A DNA stretch of 64,000 bases from an uncultured Clostridia bacterium (GTDB lineage: Bacteria > Bacillota > Clostridia > TANB77 > CAG-508), in assembly GCA_944387495.1 (NCBI GenBank), contig CALXFD010000003.1, positions 3,534 to 67,533 on the forward strand, read 5' to 3'. Below are positions 49,887 to 59,503 of this stretch, in pieces. How positions within the stretch are numbered: the stretch's first letter is position 1; every line of letters starts with the position of its first letter. A program made the position numbers and the translations under genes. Under the pieces are notes generated by a model. It worked only from the letters and a program-made list of their open reading frames with translations. It was not told where the DNA came from and made no database searches.

Positions 49887-51857
49887 ATGATTTTAGAAGG
49901 AAAATTGTTAGGTAATAGGTATGAAATTATCGAAAAAGTAGGCAATGGAGGAATGGCAACTGTATATAAAGCAGAAGATAAAGTACTTAAAAGATATGTT
50001 GCAGTTAAAATTTTAAGAGATGAATTCACAACAGATGAAGAATTTATCAAAAGATTTGAAGTAGAAGCACAATCAGCAGCTAGATTAACACATCCAAATA
50101 TTGTTTCTATATATGATGTTGGAGTAGAAGATAATTTATACTATATTGTAATGGAACTTATACAAGGAAAAACTCTTAAAGAAATTATTGTAGAAGAAAA
50201 AGGTCCATTACCTTGGAAGTGGTCTGTAAATGTTGCAATACAAATAGCTTCTGCATTAGAGATGGCACATAAAAATAATATAATACATAGAGATATAAAG
50301 CCACATAATATTATAATAACAGAAGATGGAATTGCAAAAGTAACAGACTTTGGAATTGCAAAAGCAGTTTCAAACTCAACAATAACAGCATTTGGAACAA
50401 CAATAGGTTCAGTACATTATTTTTCACCAGAACACGCAAGAGGTGGATATACAGATGCAAAATCAGATTTATATTCATTAGGAGTTGTAATGTATGAAAT
50501 GGTAACAGGTAGAGTACCATTTGATGCAGATACTCCTGTGTCTGTTGCATTAAAACATATGCAAGAAGAGCCAGAAGAACCGATAGAATTAAATCCAAAT
50601 TTACCAGTTGCAGTAAATAAAATAATAATGAAAGCATTAAAAAAAGATGTTACATTACGTTATCAAACAGCAAGTGATATGTTAGGAGATTTAAGAAGAG
50701 CATTAAAAAATCCAAATGGTGATTTTGTAGAAGAAAAAGATTATGATAATACAGCAAAAACACAAAAAATAAATACAGACTTATATGGAAACATTGATGA
50801 CGGAAGCGAGCAAAATAGAAAAGGAAAAAAAGAAGGAAAATTAAAGAGATTTATTAAAAATCATAAAGCATTAAGTATAATAATAGGTTTAATATTATTA
50901 TTTGCACTAAGCTTAGGCGGAACAATGGCAGTACTAAACATAACAAACCCAGCAGAAGTACAAGTACCTAACTTAGTTGGACTATCAAAAGAAGAAGCAC
51001 AACAAGAAACAGAAAATGCAAAATTAAAATTTGAAGTAGCAAGTGAAGAATATAATAAAGATGTACCAGAAGGATATGTAATATCACAAGATCCTAAATA
51101 TATAGACAATTATAGTGTAAAAGAAGGAGAAACAATAAGAGTAGTAATAAGTAAAGGACAAGAAAAAACAACAGTGCCAAAAGTAGTAGGAATGACATTA
51201 GAAGAGGCACAAAAAGCATTAGAAGAAGCAAACTTAAAAGCAGAAGTAGTAGAAGAAACAAGTAAAACAGTAGAAGCAGGATATGTAATATCACAAGAAG
51301 TAGAAGCAGAAGAAGAAGCATTTGCAGGGGATACAATAAAAATACATGTAAGTACAGGAACAGGAATAAAAGAAGTAACAGTACAAAGTGTTGTAGGACA
51401 AAGTGAAGCAAATGCAAAAAGTACATTAACAGGTTTAGGACTAAAAGTAAATGTAGCATATGAAGAAGATACATCAAAAGATGACGGAGTAGTATTAAGA
51501 CAAAGCATAGATGGAGGAAAAACTGTTGAAGAAGGTACTACAATAACAATTACAGTAAATAAAATAGAAGAAATGAAAGAAGTTTCAGTAAATATAAATG
51601 TTAAATCCTTATTAAAAGGAGACATATATGAAAAAGAAGATGGAAATACAACAGAACAAAAAGTAAAAAATGTAAAATTGAGGGTAGTTGTAGGAACTGA
51701 TACAATTTATAATCAAACAGTAGAAGCTTCTAGAACAAATATAACTACTTCTACAAAAGGAACTGGAAGCAAAGAAATAAAGGTATATATAGATGACGTC
51801 TTAGTTAATAATGGTACAATAAAATATTCTGATATGACATCATATACAGCTGAATAA
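49887..51857 (+). CDS. prkC: Ser/Thr protein kinase with PASTA repeats (PrkC-like)
   Basis: Hanks kinase motifs (VAVK, HRDIKPHN, DFGIA), one TM segment, and extracellular PASTA repeats. Confidence 0.9.
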   Translation: MILEGKLLGNRYEIIEKVGNGGMATVYKAEDKVLKRYVAVKILRDEFTTDEEFIKRFEVEAQSAARLTHPNIVSIYDVGVEDNLYYIVMELIQGKTLKEIIVEEKGPLPWKWSVNVAIQIASALEMAHKNNIIHRDIKPHNIIITEDGIAKVTDFGIAKAVSNSTITAFGTTIGSVHYFSPEHARGGYTDAKSDLYSLGVVMYEMVTGRVPFDADTPVSVALKHMQEEPEEPIELNPNLPVAVNKIIMKALKKDVTLRYQTASDMLGDLRRALKNPNGDFVEEKDYDNTAKTQKINTDLYGNIDDGSEQNRKGKKEGKLKRFIKNHKALSIIIGLILLFALSLGGTMAVLNITNPAEVQVPNLVGLSKEEAQQETENAKLKFEVASEEYNKDVPEGYVISQDPKYIDNYSVKEGETIRVVISKGQEKTTVPKVVGMTLEEAQKALEEANLKAEVVEETSKTVEAGYVISQEVEAEEEAFAGDTIKIHVSTGTGIKEVTVQSVVGQSEANAKSTLTGLGLKVNVAYEEDTSKDDGVVLRQSIDGGKTVEEGTTITITVNKIEEMKEVSVNINVKSLLKGDIYEKEDGNTTEQKVKNVKLRVVVGTDTIYNQTVEASRTNITTSTKGTGSKEIKVYIDDVLVNNGTIKYSDMTSYTAE

Positions 51858-51865
51858 AAATATAG

Positions 51866-51898
51866 AATAGACTTTCTAATCAGAAGGTCTATTTTTAT
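51866..51898 (+). terminator. intrinsic terminator after prkC
   Basis: tagactttct..agaaggtcta followed by ttttt. Confidence 0.5.
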
Positions 51899-52000
51899 GA
51901 GTCAGACGATACACAATAAAGTTTAAATAATCATTTGATAATACTAAATTTTTATTATATAATATAAGCATATAAAAAATGTCTGATACATGGAGGAAAT

Positions 52001-52882
52001 ATGCAAGGTTTAATAATAGAAAACAGAACAAATTTATACAAAATAGAAACAAAAGAAAAAATATATGAAGCAACAGCACGAGGAAAATTTAAAAAAGATG
52101 AAATCACACCAGTTGTTGGAGATATAGTAGAAATACAAGTAATAGACGAAGAAAATAGCAAAGCAGTAATAGAAAATATTGAAGAAAGAAAAGTATATAT
52201 AAAAAGACCAAAACTTGCAAATATAACGCAAATAATATTTGTTGTATCAAGCAAAGACCCAAAGCCAGATTTATTAATGCTAGATAAGCAATTAGCTTTT
52301 GCAGAATTCTTGGAAATAAAAGCTGTTATCGTATTAAACAAAACAGATTTAGATAAAAAGAAAGAATTTCAAAACATAAAACAAGTATATGAAAAAATAG
52401 GATATAAAATAATAGAAACAAATGCTAAAAATAGAGAGGGAATAAAAGAATTAAGAGAGATTCTAAAAAACAATATAAATGCATTTTCAGGAAATTCAGG
52501 AGTAGGAAAATCAACATTAATAAATGGCATTTTTAATAATGAAATAACACAAGAAGGGGAAATTAGTAAAAAGAATAAAAGAGGTAAAAATACAACGACA
52601 TCAACAAAATTATATGAGATAGATAAAAATACATATATAGCAGATACACCAGGATTTTCTACATTTGATATCTCTGAAATAGAAAGTAAAGATTTAGCTC
52701 AATATTTTATAGAATTTAATAAATATATACCAAATTGTGAATTTGTAGGTTGTACACATATAAAAGAAGAAAATTGTGGTATAAAACAAGCAATAGAAGA
52801 AGGAAATATTGCTCAATCTAGATATGAAAGATTTTGCAGGATATATAGTGAACTAAAAGAAAAGGAGGAAAGAAGATGGTAG
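52001..52882 (+). CDS. rsgA: ribosome small-subunit-dependent GTPase RsgA
   Basis: Circularly permuted GTPase with G-motif order G4 (NKTD), G1 (GNSGVGKST), G3 (DTPG), and a C-terminal Zn-binding C..C..H..C. Confidence 0.9.
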   Translation: MQGLIIENRTNLYKIETKEKIYEATARGKFKKDEITPVVGDIVEIQVIDEENSKAVIENIEERKVYIKRPKLANITQIIFVVSSKDPKPDLLMLDKQLAFAEFLEIKAVIVLNKTDLDKKKEFQNIKQVYEKIGYKIIETNAKNREGIKELREILKNNINAFSGNSGVGKSTLINGIFNNEITQEGEISKKNKRGKNTTTSTKLYEIDKNTYIADTPGFSTFDISEIESKDLAQYFIEFNKYIPNCEFVGCTHIKEENCGIKQAIEEGNIAQSRYERFCRIYSELKEKEERRW

Positions 52883-53544
52883 AGGTTTCAACATCAATTT
52901 TAACAGTAGAAAAAGGGGAAGAATCAAAAACTTTTTTTGAATTAGAGGCAGGTAAAACAGATTATTTTCATATAGATGTAATGGATGGAAAATTTGTAGA
53001 AAAAGATACTTATGAAAAGATGCTTGAATATGCATCATATATAAAAAGAATATCAAATTTACCATTAGATGTTCACTTAATGGTGGAAGATATAAAAAGT
53101 GCAATAGAAGATTTTATAGCAGTAGAACCAAATATAATAACATTTCATTTAGAAGCATGTAAAAGTAAAGAAGAAGTTAAAGAAATTATAGATTATATAA
53201 AACAAAATAATTGTAAAGTAGGAATTGCTATAAAACCAGAAACAAATATAGAAGAAGTATATGAATATTTACCATATATTCATATGTGTTTAGTAATGAC
53301 AGTAGAGCCAGGAAAAGGTGGACAAACATATTTAAAAGATATGACAGAAAAAATAAATAAATTAAAAAAATATATAGATGAAAATAATTTAGAAAATGAT
53401 ATAGAAGTAGATGGTGGAATAAATCTAAGAACAGCACCAGAAGTAAAAAAAGCAGGAGCAAATGTATTAGTTGCAGGTACAGCAATTTTAATGGCAAATA
53501 ATTATGGAGAGATTATAAAAGAATTAAAAGAGGAAATTGAATAA
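52876..53544 (+). CDS. rpe: ribulose-phosphate 3-epimerase
   Basis: HIDVMDG and VDGGIN motifs. Overlaps the rsgA stop by 7 nt. Confidence 0.85.
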   Translation: MVEVSTSILTVEKGEESKTFFELEAGKTDYFHIDVMDGKFVEKDTYEKMLEYASYIKRISNLPLDVHLMVEDIKSAIEDFIAVEPNIITFHLEACKSKEEVKEIIDYIKQNNCKVGIAIKPETNIEEVYEYLPYIHMCLVMTVEPGKGGQTYLKDMTEKINKLKKYIDENNLENDIEVDGGINLRTAPEVKKAGANVLVAGTAILMANNYGEIIKELKEEIE

Positions 53545-53547
53545 ACT

Positions 53548-53585
53548 AAAAGGTTGATATTGTGGAAATATCAACCTTTTTTGTA
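53548..53585. terminator. bidirectional terminator (aaaaggttgatatt / aatatcaacctttt)
   Basis: Perfect palindrome between convergent genes. Confidence 0.6.
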
Positions 53586-53599
53586 TAAGCTTTTGGCTA

Positions 53600-54922
53600 T
53601 TATTTATCTTTTTTATCATTATCTGTATTAGTATTGTTTTCAGCTTTTTTAGTATCTTTATTATCTTTTTTGGTATCAGAATTATTGTTTTTTGCTTTCT
53701 TACTATCTTTATCATCTTTACTTTCAGCTATTTTGTCAGCTCTATTTAAAGTTAATAAATTATAAGTAATTAAGCCCATACCAACAATTATAAATGCTAA
53801 GCTTATAATTCCACCAACATATGGAATTAAACAAATAGCCCATAAGATAATAGTTGTTAAAATTAAAATACCAAATCTTCCAACAGTTTTGTTAACTTTT
53901 AATTTATCACAAACTAAATTATTTATACTAATAATAGTAATTGAAGTTCCGATACAAGCAATCATAAATAAAGCAAGTAACATTAAAAGTCCGATAGGAA
54001 CTGTTATACTAATAAATAATAGTAAAATAGAAACTATAAATAATACAATTGGTGTTAAAATACCAGCTAAAATAACAGGTAATATTTTTTTGCTAGAAAT
54101 GTAATTTGTAGTATTATTTAAGAACTTAGGTGTAAGTTTTAAACCAATAAGCCAAATTACAATTACTAAAACAAGTGTTGAACCAAGAGATATTAAATAT
54201 GTTTCAATACTTGCAGAGCTAGAAGAACCTGTTGAAATTGGCGAATATGAAACATCACCAACAACTGATTTATTTGGTATAGATAATTCATTTGGTGCAG
54301 AATAATTTAGAGAACCAGCAATATATCCAGTTGTAGCATTTTCTCCTTCATTTGCATTAGAATCTGGGAATTTTATATTATCTGTTCTTACAAATGCATT
54401 TCTACCTACAACACCATTAATAGATAAACTGTTTGATATAACCTTAATATCTCTACCAACATATCCATCAATAGTAACATTGTCAGAAGAAGCATATAAA
54501 TCATAAGCAATTCCTTTTATAGTAATATTTGTAGATATAGCAAATACATTACCTAAAATATAACCATTTTCTGTTACAGTTAAATCATTACTATATACAA
54601 ATACATCTCCACCAATTTGAGAATCAATTGTAACATTTTTACCAAAAATAAAAACATTACCATCAACAAGATAATCTATTGTAACATCATTTTGGAAGAT
54701 AAAAACATCTCCTTCTTTCATAGATATATCTTGACTAGTATTTGTTACACTTTCATTTTCTGATGTGCTAGTTGTGTCAACTTGGGTATTTGTATTAGTA
54801 GTTTCAGCTGTAGAATTTGTAGTGTTAGTAGTTGTTTCATTATCTGCCTTTGCAATAGGCATAATCATTGAAATTAAAAATAACAAAGTTATTACTGCAA
54901 TACTAAATTTTTTCTTAAACAT
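53600..54922 (-). CDS. secreted/membrane protein with bactofilin/DUF4097-like beta-helical repeats, C-terminal multi-TM region and Lys/Asp-rich tail
   Basis: Signal peptide; repeated GDVFI..NDVTIDxxVxGNVFxxGxNVTIDG pattern; 5-6 TM helices; KDDKDSKKAKNNN tail. RBS AGGAGG. Confidence 0.5.
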   Translation of the reverse strand: MFKKKFSIAVITLLFLISMIMPIAKADNETTTNTTNSTAETTNTNTQVDTTSTSENESVTNTSQDISMKEGDVFIFQNDVTIDYLVDGNVFIFGKNVTIDSQIGGDVFVYSNDLTVTENGYILGNVFAISTNITIKGIAYDLYASSDNVTIDGYVGRDIKVISNSLSINGVVGRNAFVRTDNIKFPDSNANEGENATTGYIAGSLNYSAPNELSIPNKSVVGDVSYSPISTGSSSSASIETYLISLGSTLVLVIVIWLIGLKLTPKFLNNTTNYISSKKILPVILAGILTPIVLFIVSILLLFISITVPIGLLMLLALFMIACIGTSITIISINNLVCDKLKVNKTVGRFGILILTTIILWAICLIPYVGGIISLAFIIVGMGLITYNLLTLNRADKIAESKDDKDSKKAKNNNSDTKKDNKDTKKAENNTNTDNDKKDK

Positions 54923-55157
54923 AAAAACCTCCTATTTCATAAATTATTAAAATATTTTACATACACAAAATATATATCTTAAACCTTATTTTGTCAATAA
55001 GTGTGAATTTAAAAATAATCTTAATAAAGCAAATTTATTGATTTATAGGAAAATTAGAGTAGATACCATTATTGACATAATTATAAAATCAATATATAAT
55101 ATTAAAGGTTTATAGATATATCCACAAAATCTAAATAAAATAAATGAAGGAATAATT

Positions 55158-56387
55158 ATGAAAAAAGTAGAACTATTAGCACCAGCAGGTTCATTTGAAA
55201 AAGCAAAAATAGCATTTTTATATGGAGCAGATGCAGTATATTGTGGAACATCATCACTATCATTAAGAACAAGAGCAGACATGAAAGATGATGACTTAGA
55301 AAACACAATAAAATATGCACATGAAATAGGTAAAAAAGTATATGTAACATTAAATATATTTGCCTGGGATGAAAAATATGATGAAATAATAGAAATGGCA
55401 AAAAAATTAGAAATATTAAAACCAGATGGAATAATAGCAGCAGATGGTGGAGTTATAGATGTATTAAAACAATATGCACCAAGTGTAAAAATAAATGTAA
55501 GTACACAAGCAAATATTGTTAGTTTACATTCAGCAAATTTCTGGTATAAAAATGGTGCCAAAAGAATGATAATGGCAAGAGAAATGAATAAAGAGCAATT
55601 AAAATATATAATGGAAAACAAACCAGAAGGTATGGAAATAGAAATATTTGTCCATGGAGCAATCTGTTTTGCATTTTCAGGAAGATGCTTTTTAAGTGAC
55701 TTTTTAGCATGTAGAAGTGCCAATTTAGGAGATTGTGCACAAAGTTGTAGATGGTCATATAACTTATATGCAGAAGAAAAAAATAATCCAGGAGAATTAA
55801 TGCCAATAGAAACAAGTGAATATGGTACAAGTATTTTTTCTTCAAAAGATTTGTGCTTAATAAAAGAAATTCCAGAAATTATCGAAATGGGAGTAGATAG
55901 TTTAAAAATAGAAGGAAGATTAAAAACAGAATATTATTTAGCAAGTGTAATTAATACATATAGAAATGCAATAGATGACTATGAAAAAGAACCTGAAAAT
56001 TATGATTATACAAAATATTTAAAAGAACTAGAAAAAGTAAAAACAAGAGGACTTACAACATTCTATTTTAATGATAGAAATAATAAAGATATACAAGAAT
56101 ATGGCGGAAGACAATATAACGAAGAATATGAATTTGGTGGAAAAGTTGTAGAATATAAAGAAGATAAAACTGTAATAGAAATAAAAAATAAATTAAATGT
56201 AGGAGATACATTAGAATTATTAGTTCCAGGAAAATTAGAACCAGTTTCTTTTGAAATTGAAAAATTATGGGATATTGAAACAGATGAAGAAATTGACGCA
56301 ATAAGCCCAGGAGTAAAAGGACAAAAAGTATTAATGAAAATACCTGTAAAATGTGAAAAAGACTGGATATTAAGAAGAAAAAAATAG
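55158..56387 (+). CDS. U32 family peptidase (collagenase-like PrtC/YhbU)
   Basis: ELLAPAG..AIxxGADAVY N-terminus, and CRWSY inside the Cys cluster conserved in U32 peptidases. Confidence 0.85.
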   Translation: MKKVELLAPAGSFEKAKIAFLYGADAVYCGTSSLSLRTRADMKDDDLENTIKYAHEIGKKVYVTLNIFAWDEKYDEIIEMAKKLEILKPDGIIAADGGVIDVLKQYAPSVKINVSTQANIVSLHSANFWYKNGAKRMIMAREMNKEQLKYIMENKPEGMEIEIFVHGAICFAFSGRCFLSDFLACRSANLGDCAQSCRWSYNLYAEEKNNPGELMPIETSEYGTSIFSSKDLCLIKEIPEIIEMGVDSLKIEGRLKTEYYLASVINTYRNAIDDYEKEPENYDYTKYLKELEKVKTRGLTTFYFNDRNNKDIQEYGGRQYNEEYEFGGKVVEYKEDKTVIEIKNKLNVGDTLELLVPGKLEPVSFEIEKLWDIETDEEIDAISPGVKGQKVLMKIPVKCEKDWILRRKK

Positions 56388-56431
56388 GAGCTTTTATTTC
56401 CTATTTTGCATAGTATATTATATGACAAATA

Positions 56432-56470
56432 AACGAATAATATTAAAGATTATTCGTTTATATTTTACCT
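56432..56470 (+). terminator. hairpin terminator (aaataaacgaataat / attattcgtttatat + T-run)
   Basis: Read directly. Confidence 0.5.
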
Positions 56471-56542
56471 TATAGAAAAATTAATTAAATAAAAAATACT
56501 ATAAGAGTAAAAATGTAATATCTATGAAGGGAAGAGTTCAAT

Positions 56543-57511
56543 ATGGAAAATAAAAAAGGATTAGTAGGAAATACTCCTATGATTAAAATTGATTATACAT
56601 ATGAAGGAAAAAGTAGATATATGTATGCAAAAATGGAAATGTATAATCTTACAGGAAGTATAAAAGATAGAGTAGCATACCAAATAATAAAAAATGCAAA
56701 ACAAAAAGGAATACTAAAAGATAAAATGCCAATAATAGAAGCAACAAGCGGTAATACTGGAATCGCATTATCTGCTCTCGGAGCATATTATAAACATCCT
56801 ATATATATATTTATGCCAGATTGGGCAAGTCAAGAAAGAATAAAACTTATGAAACAATATGGTGCAAATATAATTCTTATTTCAAAAGAAGAGGGAGGAT
56901 TTATAAGATGTGTAGAAGAAGCAAAAAAACTTGCAAAAGAGAAAAATGGATTTCTATCAAATCAATTTGCAAATGAGGATAATATTGTTGCACATTATGA
57001 AACAACAGGAAAGGAAATAGTAGAACAGTTAACTGAAACACCAGGAGCTTTTATTTCAGGAGTTGGAACAGGTGGGACATTAATTGGGATTGCAAAAAGA
57101 TTAAAAGAAAATTATAAAGATGTAAAAATAATAGCATTAGAACCAGATAAAATGCCGATGATATCAAAAGGGGAGGTATATGGTCATCATAAAATAGAAG
57201 GAATCGGAGATGACTTCATACCAGATTTATTTAATAAAAAATTGGTTGATGATTTTGTTTTAGTAAATGATGATGATGCAATTAATATGTCTAGAAAATT
57301 GGCAAGAGAACTAGGTTTAGGTGTGGGAATTTCATCAGGAGCAAATTTTATAGGAAGTGCTATAAAGCAAAATGAAATAGAAAAGCCAATAGTAACAATA
57401 TTTGCAGATGATAATAAAAAATATTTGTCAACAGATTTGAGCAAAGAGATAGATGAAAATAAGGACTTTTTGTCAAATAAAATAGAGCTCTTAGATTTTA
57501 GTGTAGTTTAA
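56543..57511 (+). CDS. cysK: cysteine synthase / O-acetylserine sulfhydrylase family (PLP-dependent)
   Basis: PLP-lysine motif SIKDR, and SGNTG. The last 37 nt lie inside the 86-bp inverted-repeat arm. Confidence 0.8.
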   Translation: MENKKGLVGNTPMIKIDYTYEGKSRYMYAKMEMYNLTGSIKDRVAYQIIKNAKQKGILKDKMPIIEATSGNTGIALSALGAYYKHPIYIFMPDWASQERIKLMKQYGANIILISKEEGGFIRCVEEAKKLAKEKNGFLSNQFANEDNIVAHYETTGKEIVEQLTETPGAFISGVGTGGTLIGIAKRLKENYKDVKIIALEPDKMPMISKGEVYGHHKIEGIGDDFIPDLFNKKLVDDFVLVNDDDAINMSRKLARELGLGVGISSGANFIGSAIKQNEIEKPIVTIFADDNKKYLSTDLSKEIDENKDFLSNKIELLDFSVV

Positions 57512-57784
57512 TTTGCCTGGTGGTGGAGCTTATAGTAAAAAAAATTTATTTAATCTTAATGTGCGAAGCGGAATAATTTAGAAGCTCTTTGCGAAATAAC
57601 TGGAATAATGTTCGTGTGAAATTTATTTCTAATAAATTTCAGCACAGAAAAAGGTTCCAGTTTTTCGCATAGAGATTCTTAATTATGTAGCTGAGCCGTT
57701 AAGATTAAATAAATTTTTTTTACTATAAGCTCCACCACCAGGCAAATTAAACTACACTAAAATCTAAGAGCTCTATTTTATTTG
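57474..57784. repeat. foldback structure: perfect 86-bp inverted repeat arms (57474-57559 and 57699-57784) around a 139-bp partly palindromic core with a central 11-bp hairpin
   Basis: Arms are base-for-base reverse complements. The left arm contains the cysK stop and final 12 codons. The core halves are about 70 percent mirror-similar. Confidence 0.9.
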
Positions 57785-57815
57785 GCAAAAAAGAATTCAA
57801 TTTTTGAATTCTTTT
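57785..57815. terminator. bidirectional palindromic terminator (aagaattcaa ttt ttgaattctt) at the 3' end of sigK
   Basis: Perfect palindrome flanked by A and T runs. Confidence 0.55.
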
Positions 57816-58507
57816 GATAATTTATCAATAGCTTTTGTTTCAATCCTAGACACATAGCTACGAGAAATTCCGAGCATTTCTGCAATTTCATGCTGTGTTT
57901 TAGGTTTATGCCCACCTAGGCCAAATCGTAATTCTAAAATAGTCTTTTCACGAGTTTTTAAAATAGATTTCATTTTCTCATATAAAAATTTAATTTTCAT
58001 TTTGATATCAACTTCTTCTTCAATAGGTCTTTCATTATTTTCTAAAACTTCTTGTAATGTTACAACATTATCATCTTTATCTTTTCCTATTGGCTCATTT
58101 AAATATACTTCTGCACCAAGTTTTTTAGTAGACCTCAAATGCATTAATATTTCATTATCAATACATCTAGAAACATATGTAGAAAGTCGAGAACCTTTAT
58201 CAACATTAAAACTATTTATACCTTTTATAAGACCAATAGTTCCAATTGAAATTAAATCATCTTGATTAACATTTGAAGTACTATATTTTTTAGAAATATG
58301 GGCAACTAATCTTAAATTTCTTTCAATTAAAATATTTCTAGCTTCTTCATTACCATTTTTCATTTGTTCTAAATACATTTTTTCTTCTTCTTGTGTTAAA
58401 GGTTCAGGAAATAAATTACTACCTGAAATATATCCAACAACAAAAACAGCTGATTTCAGAAATTCTATAAATCCTAAAATACCTGACAAACAAAGTGCAG
58501 AAAACAT
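57797..58507 (-). CDS. sigK: RNA polymerase sporulation sigma factor sigma-K (pro-sigma-K), uninterrupted
   Basis: Pro-sequence MFSALCLSGILGFIEFLKSAVFVVGYISGSNLFPEPLT, then [22 protein letters not shown], and EIAEMLGISRSYVSRIETKA. ATG 58507 with GGAGG 6 nt upstream. Confidence 0.9.
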   Translation of the reverse strand: MFSALCLSGILGFIEFLKSAVFVVGYISGSNLFPEPLTQEEEKMYLEQMKNGNEEARNILIERNLRLVAHISKKYSTSNVNQDDLISIGTIGLIKGINSFNVDKGSRLSTYVSRCIDNEILMHLRSTKKLGAEVYLNEPIGKDKDDNVVTLQEVLENNERPIEEEVDIKMKIKFLYEKMKSILKTREKTILELRFGLGGHKPKTQHEIAEMLGISRSYVSRIETKAIDKLSKEFKN

Positions 58508-58650
58508 ATAGCACCTCCATACTATAAAAAATTTAAAATCTGTATATAAATTCACACATAACAATTATATGAATAAAAAAAATAAAAGTGCATGGACCAA
58601 TTAATTTTAATATTTTGTAATTAAATGAATTCAAGAAAATATAATTTAAT

Positions 58651-59448
58651 ATGAAAAGTTTAGGAAAAGTTTTTAAAGGTATTTTAATAGGAGCAGGTGC
58701 AATACTTCCAGGAATAAGCAGTGGAGTTTTATGTGTTATATTGGGAATATATGAAAAAATTTTGAATTCAGTTTTGAATTTTTTTAGTGATGTAAAAGGT
58801 AATTTTAAATATTTATTTCAATTTATAGTAGGTATTGGAATAGGTGTAATAATATTTAGTAATATATTAGAATTTTTATTTTATAGATTTCCAATACAAA
58901 TTAATTCTATATTTATAGGTTTAATAATAGGAACAATACCGGCATTGTTAAAAGATGTGAATAAAAAAGAAAAATTTGAGAAGAAAAATTTAATATTTTT
59001 AGTTATTGCTCTAATAATAGGAATAGGTACAGTAATTTTAGAAAATAATTTTAATGTACAAAATAATATTGATATAAATTATATATATTTATTTATATCA
59101 GGTTTTGTAATGTCTCTTGGCATAATAATTCCAGGAGTAAGTAGTACCATAATCTTGATGTTACTAGGTGTTTATTCTACATATTTACAATCTATTGCAA
59201 ATATGTATTTACTAGTATTAATTCCAATGGGCTTAGGGTTAATATTAGGAAGTATAATAGTTATGAAATTGATGAAATATCTAATGGAAAAATATTATGG
59301 CAAAATATTTTACAGTATAATTGGATTTACAATAGGTTCTCTTTTTGTGCTTTTTCCAGAAATAAATAACTTTATGGAATGTGTTTTAATGATTTTATGT
59401 GTATTATTAGGTATTTTTGTAGTAAAAAAATCGGAATCCCACTTGTAA
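58651..59448 (+). CDS. DUF368 family membrane protein
   Basis: Two internal repeats each carrying an ILPGISSG / IIPGVSST motif, and 7-8 TM helices. Confidence 0.65.
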   Translation: MKSLGKVFKGILIGAGAILPGISSGVLCVILGIYEKILNSVLNFFSDVKGNFKYLFQFIVGIGIGVIIFSNILEFLFYRFPIQINSIFIGLIIGTIPALLKDVNKKEKFEKKNLIFLVIALIIGIGTVILENNFNVQNNIDINYIYLFISGFVMSLGIIIPGVSSTIILMLLGVYSTYLQSIANMYLLVLIPMGLGLILGSIIVMKLMKYLMEKYYGKIFYSIIGFTIGSLFVLFPEINNFMECVLMILCVLLGIFVVKKSESHL

Positions 59449-59503
59449 ACATAATCAAATTTTGATATAATAGCACAATAAATAATATAGAGGAGAGAGA
59501 ACA

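Noticed and set aside
57797-58564. Possibility that sigK is interrupted by a skin-like element, or that the track's 255-aa start is real
   Set aside because: The sigK ORF is continuous and complete (pro-sequence through region 4.2), and no recombinase gene is nearby. The extra N-terminal 19 codons of the track ORF lack an RBS, whereas ATG 58507 has GGAGG at -6.
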